64,000 nucleotides of DNA from a bacterium. GTDB lineage: Bacteria > Electryoneota > JAOADG01. Numbering within the stretch: position 1 is the stretch's first letter; the number at the start of each line of letters is the position of its first letter. Positions 1-9,080 of this stretch are shown here, piece by piece. Where the stretch lies: NCBI GenBank assembly GCA_026417415.1, contig JAOADG010000008.1, forward strand, positions 449,349-513,348. The letters are read 5' to 3'. The notes beneath the pieces are model-generated. The model searched no databases. It had not been told where the DNA came from and saw nothing but the letters and a program-made list of their open reading frames with translations. The translations under genes and the position numbers were made by a program.

Positions 1-1508
1 TTGGGAAATCTCGTGCAAAGTTGATTATTGAAAACAAAAACAAAGTAACATTCCGTGATGTTGCTGGAGCAGATGAAGCAAAAGAAGAGCTTAGGGAAAT
101 TATTGAATTTCTTAAAGATCCTAAAAAATTTTCGCGTTTAGGTGGTAGAGTTCCAAAAGGGGTGTTGATGCTAGGACCACCAGGAACAGGAAAAACTTTA
201 CTCGCAAGAGCAGTTGCAGGTGAAGCAGATGTACCATTTTTCTCGATGAGTGGTGCTGATTTTGTGGAAATGTTTGTAGGTGTTGGTGCTTCAAGGGTTC
301 GTGACCTATTTGAACAAGGAAAGAAACATGCGCCCTGTATTATCTTTATAGATGAAATTGATGCAGTCGGTCGTCACCGAGGCGCTGGTCTAGGTGGAGG
401 TCATGATGAAAGAGAACAGACCTTGAATCAACTTTTGGTTGAGATGGACGGTTTTGAATCTAATGATGGGGTCATATTGATGGCGGCGACCAATCGTCCG
501 GATGTGTTAGATCCAGCGTTACTTCGTCCAGGTCGTTTTGATCGCCAGGTAGTCGTTGATAGACCTGATGTGCGGGGACGTGAAGGTATTCTTAATGTTC
601 ATACCAAAAAAGTACCATTAGCAGAAGATGTGGATTTAGAGGTACTAGCGAAAGGGACACCAGGTTTAGCTGGTGCAGAATTAGCAAACTTGGTGAATGA
701 AGCTGCACTTAATGCTGCAAGACGTGGTGCAGATAAAGTGACGATGGCTGATTTTGAAGAAGCAAAAGATAAAGTGATGATGGGAAAAGAAAGAAGAAGT
801 TTATTGATTAGTGATAAAGAAAAACGTTTGACAGCGTATCATGAAGCAGGTCATGTGTTGGTATCTTATTTTACTCCGAACAGTGATCCCGTCCACAAAG
901 TAACAATCATCCCACGTGGACGTGCACTTGGGATCACCCATTATTTACCAGTTGATGAAAAGCATAACTATTCTAAATCTTATATTGAAGGTTTATTGGT
1001 TCATTTAATGGGTGGTCGTGCTGCTGAAAAAATTGTTTTTCAAGATGTGACAACAGGTGCTGGAAATGATATTGTTCGTGCTACCGAGTTTGCAAGAAAA
1101 ATGGTTTGTGATTGGGGTATGTCAGAAGTATTAGGACCATTGGCTTATGGAAATAATGAACAAGAAATTTTTATCGGAAGAGATATGGGGAGGGTACGAA
1201 ATTATAGTGAAGAAACTGCCGTGAAAATTGATGAAGAAGTTCGACGAATTGTTCAAAATGCAGCAGATAAAGCAGAAAGCATTATCCAAGAACACATTGA
1301 TAAACTGCATGCATTAGCGAAAGCATTAATTGAACGTGAGATATTAGATGCAGAAGAAATACAAATGGTCATGTCAGGGAAACCGTTACCGCCTATTCGT
1401 AAGCTCGCGGTGACCGATCAGAATTCTTTATCTATAGAAGAAATTCAAAAGATAAAAGATAAAGTAGCCAATAAAGAACCCAATTGGGTGGAGAAACCAG
1501 CGATATGA
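1..1508 (+). CDS. ftsH: ATP-dependent zinc metalloprotease FtsH (5'-truncated by window edge)
   Basis: Frame is open from the edge (GKSRAKL...). Walker A GPPGTGKT, Walker [31 protein letters not shown], zinc motif HEAGH. Confidence 0.98.
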   Translation, partial: GKSRAKLIIENKNKVTFRDVAGADEAKEELREIIEFLKDPKKFSRLGGRVPKGVLMLGPPGTGKTLLARAVAGEADVPFFSMSGADFVEMFVGVGASRVRDLFEQGKKHAPCIIFIDEIDAVGRHRGAGLGGGHDEREQTLNQLLVEMDGFESNDGVILMAATNRPDVLDPALLRPGRFDRQVVVDRPDVRGREGILNVHTKKVPLAEDVDLEVLAKGTPGLAGAELANLVNEAALNAARRGADKVTMADFEEAKDKVMMGKERRSLLISDKEKRLTAYHEAGHVLVSYFTPNSDPVHKVTIIPRGRALGITHYLPVDEKHNYSKSYIEGLLVHLMGGRAAEKIVFQDVTTGAGNDIVRATEFARKMVCDWGMSEVLGPLAYGNNEQEIFIGRDMGRVRNYSEETAVKIDEEVRRIVQNAADKAESIIQEHIDKLHALAKALIEREILDAEEIQMVMSGKPLPPIRKLAVTDQNSLSIEEIQKIKDKVANKEPNWVEKPAI

Positions 1509-2236
1509 ACTTGGATAATGAACAATTACCCAATGAAGATCTTCTTCGTGAACAAATACGAAAAAAATTAGAAGAACAAAGCCAAAAAATTCAGGAGGAA
1601 TTGGAACGGTTACGTTCTAAAGATGAAAAAACTGTTGAAGCAGAAAGATATAGAAAGTTATTAGAAGAAGAGCGAGCGAGGTATTATCAATCCAAAGGAT
1701 ATGTCAAAGTTGTTGCTGAAGATGGTACTGTAGAGTGGATTCCAAAAGAACGTGCTAAGGCATTAGAAGATAGAATTGGCGAAGAAATTGATGATTTAGA
1801 AGCCGGACAAAAACGTGTATTGTGGTTTGTTGTGGGTGTGGTAATGTTGATGATTTTATTGGCACTAATTCTTTTCTTTTTATTTTGGCCAAGACCGGGA
1901 GCAATTCGTGTAGTAACCAACGTACCTAAAGCAAGTATAATTTTAAATAATGATACCACTATTTTTGTTACAGATACTGTAATTACTGATTTAGAAGCAG
2001 GAAAGCATATACTCAGCGTGTATAAAAAAGGTTACAAGATTGTTGGTGAACCTTACCGAGCCATTGATTTGAAAAGTGGTAGTGAGATTCTAATTGCTTT
2101 TGAATTAGAACCTGCTCCTGAACCGGTTAAGATCATTGAAACAAAGACCCCCACAGTTGTTGAAGAAGATACTTTTTTAACACGTATTCGGCAAAAGGCT
2201 GCAGAGATAGAAGCAAAATTAAATCAACCACAATGA
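1505..2236 (+). CDS. Single-pass membrane protein with coiled-coil N-terminus and PEGA-like domain
   Basis: ATG at 1505 overlaps the ftsH stop (ATGA). E/K/R-rich coil, TM helix [24 protein letters not shown], then PEGA-like '[17 protein letters not shown]...[12 protein letters not shown]'. Confidence 0.7.
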   Translation: MNLDNEQLPNEDLLREQIRKKLEEQSQKIQEELERLRSKDEKTVEAERYRKLLEEERARYYQSKGYVKVVAEDGTVEWIPKERAKALEDRIGEEIDDLEAGQKRVLWFVVGVVMLMILLALILFFLFWPRPGAIRVVTNVPKASIILNNDTTIFVTDTVITDLEAGKHILSVYKKGYKIVGEPYRAIDLKSGSEILIAFELEPAPEPVKIIETKTPTVVEEDTFLTRIRQKAAEIEAKLNQPQ

Positions 2237-2245
2237 TACTTTTCT

Positions 2246-2806
2246 ATGAGCAAAATACAAAAAGATGAGATCGTCATTGCAATTAAAAATTTACTTAAAG
2301 CTTTGCGAATTGATGAGTTACAAGAGTTTGCAAGTACACCTGAATTAGTAAGTGAATTTTATAGTGGCTTTTTAGCCTTTTTACATGAACCTCCATTAGA
2401 TTTGCCGCTTTATCCAGTCACAAATGCTCATTTAGAAAATATTGTTTTAAGAAAAATTCCTTTCTATTCTTTGTGTTCACATCATTTATTACCATTTTTC
2501 GGTACGGTATCAATTGTATATCGACCCGATAAGGATTGTGTATTGGGTTTCTCAGGAATCGTTCGTATCGTTCGATATTTTTCACAAAGGCCTACCATAC
2601 AAGAAGTGTTAGCCAATAAAATTGCGGATGATATCCTTCATCGCATTGGGAATAATACGTTAATCTATATTGAAATTAATGCTCGTCAGCTGTGCGTTGA
2701 AATGAGGGGTGTCCGAGTAGGGGGGATGGATATCTTTTGTTCTACTTCAAGAAATGCTAGTTCTGATTGGATTCAATTGGCTAAAGCGACTTTAGCAACT
2801 GTATAG
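2246..2806 (+). CDS. folE: GTP cyclohydrolase I family protein (divergent)
   Basis: FYSLCSHHLLPFFG, GFSGIVRIV, RPTIQE, LCVEMRG motifs; ftsH-folE-folP synteny. Confidence 0.85.
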   Translation: MSKIQKDEIVIAIKNLLKALRIDELQEFASTPELVSEFYSGFLAFLHEPPLDLPLYPVTNAHLENIVLRKIPFYSLCSHHLLPFFGTVSIVYRPDKDCVLGFSGIVRIVRYFSQRPTIQEVLANKIADDILHRIGNNTLIYIEINARQLCVEMRGVRVGGMDIFCSTSRNASSDWIQLAKATLATV

Positions 2807-2807
2807 A

Positions 2808-4367
2808 ATGGCTGAATTTTGGTACTATTTCATTGGATCAATACCAGGCGGATGGGTACCGATTTTTTCCATTTTACTCATCTTCATTATTGCTATTGTT
2901 TACACCAAAATACGGGATCCAAACTATCCAAAAGATGCTATTCAAAAGTATCTCTTGTATACTTTTATCGGATGGGTTTTACTTTTTGGGATTTTGCGAG
3001 TTACTTTTCCGCCTCCACCATATCCTATTCGGATAGCAGTTTACCCTCTGGAAAATTCTGATAACCAAACAGAACTTTCCTATCAGTTATCACGTGAATT
3101 GGAAGAAGCATTTGCAACAACCAATTATAGATTTTCAATTGGTGGATTTAGAAGATTAAGTTGGCAACCGAAACCATCAAAAATCGTTCCTGATTCAATT
3201 CTTGAATTACCAAAGTTACTTCAATTACACTGGGTCGTTTGTGGAGAATGGTACTCAATCGATTCGATAAAAAATCATCTTCAATTAAAAATAACTTTGA
3301 ACAAAGTAAACACGAATATTTATTACCAATTTGAACAAGAAGGTAATCCGAAAGAAGTAATTCGGAATAGTGCTAATCAAATTGCGTTTTTAACTAAAAA
3401 ACAGATTCAAGAAACAAACTTTTCTATGCTTACTCCAGAATGGAGATATGCATGTGCAAATACTTTTCAAAAGAATCTGGATACGAGTTATACAGAAAAA
3501 TTATTTAGAAAAGCAATCGCTTCTGATTCAATGAATTTGACAGGATTCGCTTGGTGGGTGGATTATTTATGTAAAACCAATCAGTACCTAAAGTATCAAG
3601 AATATCTTAAACAAAAACTTCCAATATTATTGAAAAATGCAGAAACATATCCACTTTTTTTAATTTCACTTGGTAATTTTTATCGCCTAATGGGTGAATC
3701 TGAAAAAGCCATTTCTGCCTTTTTACTGGCTAACCATTATGCGCCAACCAATCCAGAACCCCATTATTATTTGGCATTACTTAATCGTGAAGAAATTAAA
3801 ACCAGATTCCAAAAAACGGCGTTTGATCATCTAAAAAGAGCAATAGAATTGGATAAAGGATTTGAAATTGCAAGATTAAAACTACTTAGTATGTTACAAC
3901 CTACGGGAATCACTCGGGATATTGAAAATTACATTTTACCGGGTTTAGAAATTGCACCTTATTCAACGGATCTACTATTGAAATTATCTTATTTCCAATT
4001 GGAACGCTTTCCACCTAATCAAGTTATTCAAACTTTAGATCGATTGATTCGGATTGATAGTACATACGGAGATGCTTATTACAATCGTGGCATCGCTAAT
4101 TTAAGAGAGAAAGACACTATTAATGCTAAACTGGATTTTTATTCTACTATACAAAAAAAGGGTTCAGTTGAGGCCTATTATTATTTAGGGTTAATTCATG
4201 AGTATAATCAACAATGGGATTCTGCTATTTATTATTTTAATCAACGATTACGATTTGCCAAACAAGCCAAGGATCAGATCGCAACCTTACGTGCAAGAGA
4301 TAAATTGCTTCTATTATTGAGACAACACCGCTCAACAAAATTAGATGTTCCCTTAGTAGTACCATAA
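2808..4367 (+). CDS. Membrane-anchored TPR-repeat protein
   Basis: Two N-terminal hydrophobic helices; TPR patterns such as DAYYNRGIA, EAYYYLGLI and LGNFYRLMG. Confidence 0.7.
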   Translation: MAEFWYYFIGSIPGGWVPIFSILLIFIIAIVYTKIRDPNYPKDAIQKYLLYTFIGWVLLFGILRVTFPPPPYPIRIAVYPLENSDNQTELSYQLSRELEEAFATTNYRFSIGGFRRLSWQPKPSKIVPDSILELPKLLQLHWVVCGEWYSIDSIKNHLQLKITLNKVNTNIYYQFEQEGNPKEVIRNSANQIAFLTKKQIQETNFSMLTPEWRYACANTFQKNLDTSYTEKLFRKAIASDSMNLTGFAWWVDYLCKTNQYLKYQEYLKQKLPILLKNAETYPLFLISLGNFYRLMGESEKAISAFLLANHYAPTNPEPHYYLALLNREEIKTRFQKTAFDHLKRAIELDKGFEIARLKLLSMLQPTGITRDIENYILPGLEIAPYSTDLLLKLSYFQLERFPPNQVIQTLDRLIRIDSTYGDAYYNRGIANLREKDTINAKLDFYSTIQKKGSVEAYYYLGLIHEYNQQWDSAIYYFNQRLRFAKQAKDQIATLRARDKLLLLLRQHRSTKLDVPLVVP

Positions 4368-4370
4368 ATT

Positions 4371-5171
4371 ATGAGCAAGCCAAAAGTAATGGGCATTTTA
4401 AACGTAACACCGGATAGTTTTTCAGACGGTGGCAGATATTATTCTTTAGAACTGGCTTGTAAACATGCTGAAAAAATGTTAAAAGAAGGAGCTGACTGGA
4501 TTGATATTGGTGGTGAATCGACCAGGCCTGGTGCAGAAGAGATTTCTTTACAAGAAGAACAAAGAAGAATTCTACCTGTCATTCAAGAGTTAATCCATAG
4601 ATTTCCCAGTATTCAAATATCCGTAGATACAAAAAATTCGGATACAGCCAAAAAAGCGATTCAACTTGGTGCAAAGATGGTAAATGATGTAACTGCGGGT
4701 AGATATGATGAAACAATGTTTCAAGTGATTGCAGAATCAAATGTTTATTACGTAATGATGCATAGCCGTGGTGATTCCAAGACGATGATGAATTTTACTC
4801 ATTACAACAACCTTATCCATGATATTTATACAGAATTGATGAGTAGGGTAAAAAAGGCGATAAGTGCAGGAGTCCATCAAAATCAAATCATAGTAGATCC
4901 GGGAATTGGATTTGCAAAAACCTCACAACAAAATTTAATTATTCTTAAGAACTTAAATGAGTTGAAAAAATGGAATTATCCTATTTTGATTGGGGCTTCT
5001 AGAAAAAGTTTTATTGGTGCTATAGACCAATCATCCCCTCAAGATAGATTAGGTGGTTCTATAGCTGTAGCAAGTATTTGTGCTTACTTTAGAGTTGATT
5101 ATATTCGTGTACATGATGTCAAAGAGACAGTACAAGCAATACAAGTTGTGCATTCCATTTTTTCATCTTAA
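4371..5171 (+). CDS. folP: Dihydropteroate synthase
   Basis: MGILNVTPDSFSDGG, IDIGGESTRPG, DPGIGF, GASRKSF, RVHDV. Confidence 0.97.
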   Translation: MSKPKVMGILNVTPDSFSDGGRYYSLELACKHAEKMLKEGADWIDIGGESTRPGAEEISLQEEQRRILPVIQELIHRFPSIQISVDTKNSDTAKKAIQLGAKMVNDVTAGRYDETMFQVIAESNVYYVMMHSRGDSKTMMNFTHYNNLIHDIYTELMSRVKKAISAGVHQNQIIVDPGIGFAKTSQQNLIILKNLNELKKWNYPILIGASRKSFIGAIDQSSPQDRLGGSIAVASICAYFRVDYIRVHDVKETVQAIQVVHSIFSS

Positions 5172-5209
5172 AAAATTAAGTAGTAGCAATATGAAGAGGG
5201 TGGTACGGT

Positions 5210-5671
5210 TTGTCTGATATCGGTCACAATTTTCATTCTATTATCATCCGCGATGCTGTGGTGCAAGATATTGAAACAATTCTTGCGATTGAACGTGATT
5301 CTTATGTAGATCCTTGGGGTGAAGAATCATTTCGCTATTTAATGTTTCAAAAAAATGGGATTGCTATCGTTGCAGCGCAACAATTTCCTATAGGATATGC
5401 ATTTGGTAGGGTAACCTTAGATGAAGGTGAACTATTAAACCTTGCAGTTTCTAAACCCTATAGAAAAAGAAATTTAGGTAGAGCCATTCTGAATGAATTT
5501 CTAAATCGTTGTTGGAAATTAGGTGCGAATAAAGTTTATTTAGAAGTACGTGTGAAAAATACTGCTGCTATTCAACTATATAGATCAGCAGGATTCATTA
5601 TTGAAGGTCGCAGAAATAAGTATTATCAAGATGGTGAAGACGCATTTATTATGAAATTAATTAAACAATAG
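5210..5671 (+). CDS. rimI: Ribosomal protein S18 alanine N-acetyltransferase (GNAT)
   Basis: GELLNLAV, LEVRVKNTAAIQLY, RRNKYYQDGEDAFIM. Confidence 0.88.
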   Translation: MSDIGHNFHSIIIRDAVVQDIETILAIERDSYVDPWGEESFRYLMFQKNGIAIVAAQQFPIGYAFGRVTLDEGELLNLAVSKPYRKRNLGRAILNEFLNRCWKLGANKVYLEVRVKNTAAIQLYRSAGFIIEGRRNKYYQDGEDAFIMKLIKQ

Positions 5672-5683
5672 AAGGAAATAATT

Positions 5684-6526
5684 ATGGCTTGGTTTAAAAG
5701 AGAAGAAAAAGGAATTTCAGAAGAAACACAAAAACGTGATACTCCAGATGGACTTTGGATAAAATGCGAGGGTTGTAATGAAATCCTTTTTAAAAAATCT
5801 ACAGTAGAAAACAATTATGTTTGTCCTAAATGCGATTACCATTTTCGTCCACCTGCAACATTGTATTTTCAATTACTCTCACCTGATGCAGAACCTGAAG
5901 AATTGGATTTTCGTGTTAGACCAATGGATCCATTAGGTTTTGTGGATACAAAAAAGTACTCTGAAAGAATTGAATCTTTGAAGAAAAAACTAAACTTGGA
6001 TGATACCCTGCGAGTAGCCAAAGGAAAATTGGATAAGTATAACATAATGATTGGTGCAATGGATTTTGAGTACATGGGTGGGTCCTTAGGAAGCGTAACA
6101 GGTGAAATTTTTGCTCGTGCTTGTCAGATTTGCCTCGAAGAGAATAGGCCTTTGATTACAATTGCTTGTAGTGGTGGTGCGAGAATGCAAGAAGGTGCAT
6201 TATCCTTGATGCAATTAGCAAAAATGAGTGCTTGGTTAACGAAGTTGGCAGATGCAAAAATTCCATTTATAAGCATTTTAACAAATCCTACTACGGGGGG
6301 AACCAGTGCTAGTTTTGCGATGTTAGGTGATGTCATTCTTGCTGAACCAGGAGCAGTGATTGGATTTGCAGGTGCTCGAGTGATTAAGCAAACCATTGGA
6401 CAGGATTTACCCCCAGGATTTCAAAGAAGTGAATTTCTTTTAGAGCATGGGTTTGTGGATCGTGTTGTTCATAGAAAAGATTTAGCTACAGTAACGAAAA
6501 GAGTTCTTAGAGGATTGATTGGTTAA
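5684..6526 (+). CDS. accD: Acetyl-CoA carboxylase carboxyltransferase beta subunit
   Basis: Zinc ribbon CEGC...CPKC, GGSLG, SGGARMQEG, PTTGG, GFAGARVI. Confidence 0.97.
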   Translation: MAWFKREEKGISEETQKRDTPDGLWIKCEGCNEILFKKSTVENNYVCPKCDYHFRPPATLYFQLLSPDAEPEELDFRVRPMDPLGFVDTKKYSERIESLKKKLNLDDTLRVAKGKLDKYNIMIGAMDFEYMGGSLGSVTGEIFARACQICLEENRPLITIACSGGARMQEGALSLMQLAKMSAWLTKLADAKIPFISILTNPTTGGTSASFAMLGDVILAEPGAVIGFAGARVIKQTIGQDLPPGFQRSEFLLEHGFVDRVVHRKDLATVTKRVLRGLIG

Positions 6527-6567
6527 TAAAAGCATTCTTTAGATATTCTTTAGGGAATTTTGGAAAT

Positions 6568-6596
6568 AAAAAACGGGTATCATAATACCCGTTTTC
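6568..6596. terminator. Bidirectional intrinsic terminator between accD and tRNA-Lys
   Basis: Perfect stem AAAACGGGTAT-cata-ATACCCGTTTT with A/T tracts, between convergent genes. Confidence 0.8.
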
Positions 6597-6598
6597 TG

Positions 6599-6672
6599 TG
6601 AGGGAGCCGGGATTCGAACCCGGGACCCACGGCTTAAAAGGCCGGTGCTCTACCTGGCTGAGCTACTCCCCC
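6599..6672 (-). tRNA. tRNA-Lys(UUU); CCA not encoded
   Basis: Reverse complement GGGGGAGTAGCTCAGCCAGGTAGAGCACCGGCCTTTTAAGCCGTGGGTCCCGGGTTCGAATCCCGGCTCCCTCA gives a cloverleaf with anticodon TTT and T-loop TTCGAAT. Confidence 0.95.
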
Positions 6673-6748
6673 TTTAGAAAATGCTTATCAATTTTTCAGC
6701 CAAGCAATATATTGAAAACTTCTATCAATTTGCAACTTTGTTTGATTC

Positions 6749-6777
6749 TTGACATTTTCCTATTTCCTTCGTATATT
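6749..6777 (+). promoter_or_regulatory. Sigma70-type promoter for the 6916 gene
   Basis: TTGACA (6749-6754), 17-nt spacer, TATATT (6772-6777). A divergent TTGCAA-18-TATATT (6735-6706, -) could drive tRNA-Lys. Confidence 0.7.
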
Positions 6778-6915
6778 ATTGTGCCAAGTGATGAGAGCCA
6801 AACGCGCTACTTTGGAGCTTGGTCGGAAATGTTCCCCGTTGTGGACAAATTAAAAATATCGTCAAATCTATCCACGGAAGATTGATGTAGGTTCTTAAAA
6901 GGAAAGGAATAAACT

Positions 6916-7467
6916 ATGAAAGTTCTATTCGGTATTTTAGTATTTGCGTTAGCACTTTTAATTGGATGTGCTACTCCTGAACAGAAAGCCCAAAAGCTCT
7001 TTGACCAAGGCAAGTATCAAGAAGTGTTGGATAAATATGGAACGCTTCCAATTGCAGCTGAAGCCAAGGCAAAGATCGCTGAAGGTCTTTTCAATGAAGG
7101 AAAGTATGAAGAAGTTATTGCGAATTATGGTGATACCCAATGGGCAGCACAAGCAAAGAATAAAATTGCAGACAAATTGCTCAGTGAAGGTAAACTTGAT
7201 GAAGTGATTGCGAAGTATCCAGATTCACCAGCTGCTAAGCAAGCCAAGGAAAACAAAGCCAAGACAGAATACGAAGCACTACTGAAAGAAAAAGATAAGA
7301 AGAAAAAAGAAGCTGGAATGTTAGAGATTATGAACAAGTATCCTGGTACCCAAACTGCTGAAATGATTAAAGCAGAAATGGAAAAGAAGAATCAACCAAA
7401 AGCTCCAGCAAAGCAAGCCGCCCCCAAAGCTGCGAAACCAGCTGGTAAGAAAATGGAAAAGAAATAA
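6916..7467 (+). CDS. Lipoprotein with about 30-aa helical repeats and a Lys/Ala/Pro-rich tail
   Basis: Lipobox LIGC. Three near-tandem repeats A..LFxEGKYxEVIxxYxDxxxAxxAKxK. Tail PKAPAKQAAPKAAKPAGKK. RBS AAGGA. Confidence 0.8.
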   Translation: MKVLFGILVFALALLIGCATPEQKAQKLFDQGKYQEVLDKYGTLPIAAEAKAKIAEGLFNEGKYEEVIANYGDTQWAAQAKNKIADKLLSEGKLDEVIAKYPDSPAAKQAKENKAKTEYEALLKEKDKKKKEAGMLEIMNKYPGTQTAEMIKAEMEKKNQPKAPAKQAAPKAAKPAGKKMEKK

Positions 7468-7485
7468 AACCATAATGGTTTTTCA

Positions 7486-7523
7486 ACAACCAACCCCTCC
7501 TTATGGAGGGGTTGGCTGTTTTT
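7486..7523 (+). terminator. Intrinsic terminator
   Basis: CCAACCCCTCC-ttat-GGAGGGGTTGG followed by CTGTTTTT. Confidence 0.85.
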
Positions 7524-7609
7524 GAACTGTTATTAATTCAATTTGATAATTCCATTTTAAGATAGAATTCGTATTATACTTAATAATACAGTTCATTTTG
7601 AGGATGACA

Positions 7610-9076
7610 ATGGTAGATTTTGATAGTAAGTTTAACGTTGACAAGCAAAATGTACCACAAGAAGTAAAAAAGAATAAAAATTTTGTAAGAAAAAATAAAT
7701 ACTACGATAATCCGAAAAATTTTTCAACCACCTACTTTGGTAAACTTATTACTGGCTTAGATGGTGCAAATGCTTATCAGTACTCAAGGACGGGTGCTTT
7801 TGGAGTTGTGATAAAAACCGATTCGTCCGATCCCCCAAGTGATCTTTTGGTTGCTTTTCCCAGCCCTTATTACTTAGAAACAAGTTGGGTCAATAGAAAA
7901 CGTTTTCGTTTTGCAACCAAAGAAGAAATTGAAAAAATCATTCATGCATCTTCAGAAAATCCATCCAATTTTAAAACTGGCGATTTAGTTGAAACGACAG
8001 ATGGTTGGGAAGTAGATACTCGTAGAGGTACTTATTATATCCCAACGGGAATTATCGGTGTTATTGATCATGAAGATGATCCCATTAACCCAAGAGTTGA
8101 GGTTGAGTTTGGAAAGAAAGTAATTTACACGAAACAATATGTAATTTTACCTGATGGTAGAAAAATTTCTAATTTTCAATTGGTCAATGCTGCGACCAGT
8201 CGTAGAATGGTCTCTGTAATCTTACAAGATTATAATTTACGTGTAGATTTACCAGAAGATATTCTAATTCATAGATTACCTAATCCTGAAGCGTTAAAAA
8301 AAGTTGTAGCAAGTCCAAAAATCAAAGAAAAATTACTGGAAGGGACAAAATTATTAGACCCAGAGTTTCGTAAAGAATTAGAAGAAGAATGGAATCTGAA
8401 AAGTTTTTCTTATGGTCGTGGTTTTATTGCTTTAATATACGGAAAGCCGGGAACGGGCAAAACGACCCTGGTTCGTGCCTTAGCAGATCAAATCGGAAGA
8501 CCCATTTTTCGAATTGAAGGTAGTGATTTAGGTACAGATCCAGAAGAGTTTACTTCTTTGCTTGATCGTGCAATGCGCAGAGCACTGCGATTAAATGCAA
8601 TCCTACTAATAGAAGAAGCAGATCAAATTTTACAGCGTAGAACTCTAAATATGTACCCTTCAGTGCTTGCTAAAATAAGTGAAGTTTTACAAAAGATAGA
8701 AAATTTTGAGGGTGTACTATTATTAACTTCTAATCGAGCATTTACGTTGGATGATGCTGCACGTTCTAGGTTGAATCTAATCTATGAAATGCCTCCATTG
8801 ACTGCTGATTTAAGAGAATCAATATTATTGACTTCTTTACCAAAAGAGTTACCAATTGAAGGGGTATTGCCGATTGCACAAATTGCTGCTTTAGATTTAG
8901 ATGGACGTGCGATTAAAATGGCCATTCTAAATGCTGCAAGGCGTGCGAAAGCAAATGGGAAAAGTAAATTACCCGCTCAGTATATTTATGAAGAGGCAAA
9001 GTTGTTGCTTGAAGGATTAGAAGGGTTGCGAGATAGTGTACGAGAAGCAAATTTTTTCTTAGAAGAAGAAGAATAA
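7610..9076 (+). CDS. AAA+ ATPase with uncharacterised N-terminal beta-rich domain(s)
   Basis: Walker A GKPGTGKT, Walker B LLIEEAD, sensor-1 TSNR, arginine finger ARSR. Start placed at ATG 7610 after GAGGA (ORF track starts at 7598). Confidence 0.85.
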   Translation: MVDFDSKFNVDKQNVPQEVKKNKNFVRKNKYYDNPKNFSTTYFGKLITGLDGANAYQYSRTGAFGVVIKTDSSDPPSDLLVAFPSPYYLETSWVNRKRFRFATKEEIEKIIHASSENPSNFKTGDLVETTDGWEVDTRRGTYYIPTGIIGVIDHEDDPINPRVEVEFGKKVIYTKQYVILPDGRKISNFQLVNAATSRRMVSVILQDYNLRVDLPEDILIHRLPNPEALKKVVASPKIKEKLLEGTKLLDPEFRKELEEEWNLKSFSYGRGFIALIYGKPGTGKTTLVRALADQIGRPIFRIEGSDLGTDPEEFTSLLDRAMRRALRLNAILLIEEADQILQRRTLNMYPSVLAKISEVLQKIENFEGVLLLTSNRAFTLDDAARSRLNLIYEMPPLTADLRESILLTSLPKELPIEGVLPIAQIAALDLDGRAIKMAILNAARRAKANGKSKLPAQYIYEEAKLLLEGLEGLRDSVREANFFLEEEE

Positions 9077-9080
9077 AGGT

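Noticed and set aside
6783..6830. c-di-GMP-II riboswitch (UGAUGA...UGGAG resemblance)
   Set aside because: Lacks the adjacent AGUAGUGCAACC-type pseudoknot strand and the P1 context; kept only as an unclassified leader.
6839..6877. DnaA-box-like words TGTGGACAA and TATCCACG suggesting oriC
   Set aside because: Only two imperfect boxes with no dnaA/dnaN context; better explained as the two arms of an RNA hairpin.
6598..6885. 95-aa ORF (MREPGFEPGTHGLKGRCST...)
   Set aside because: Antisense translation of tRNA-Lys plus promoter DNA.
6599..9076. Genomic island integrated at tRNA-Lys
   Set aside because: No integrase, no duplicated tRNA 3' end, and accD sits directly downstream of the tRNA.
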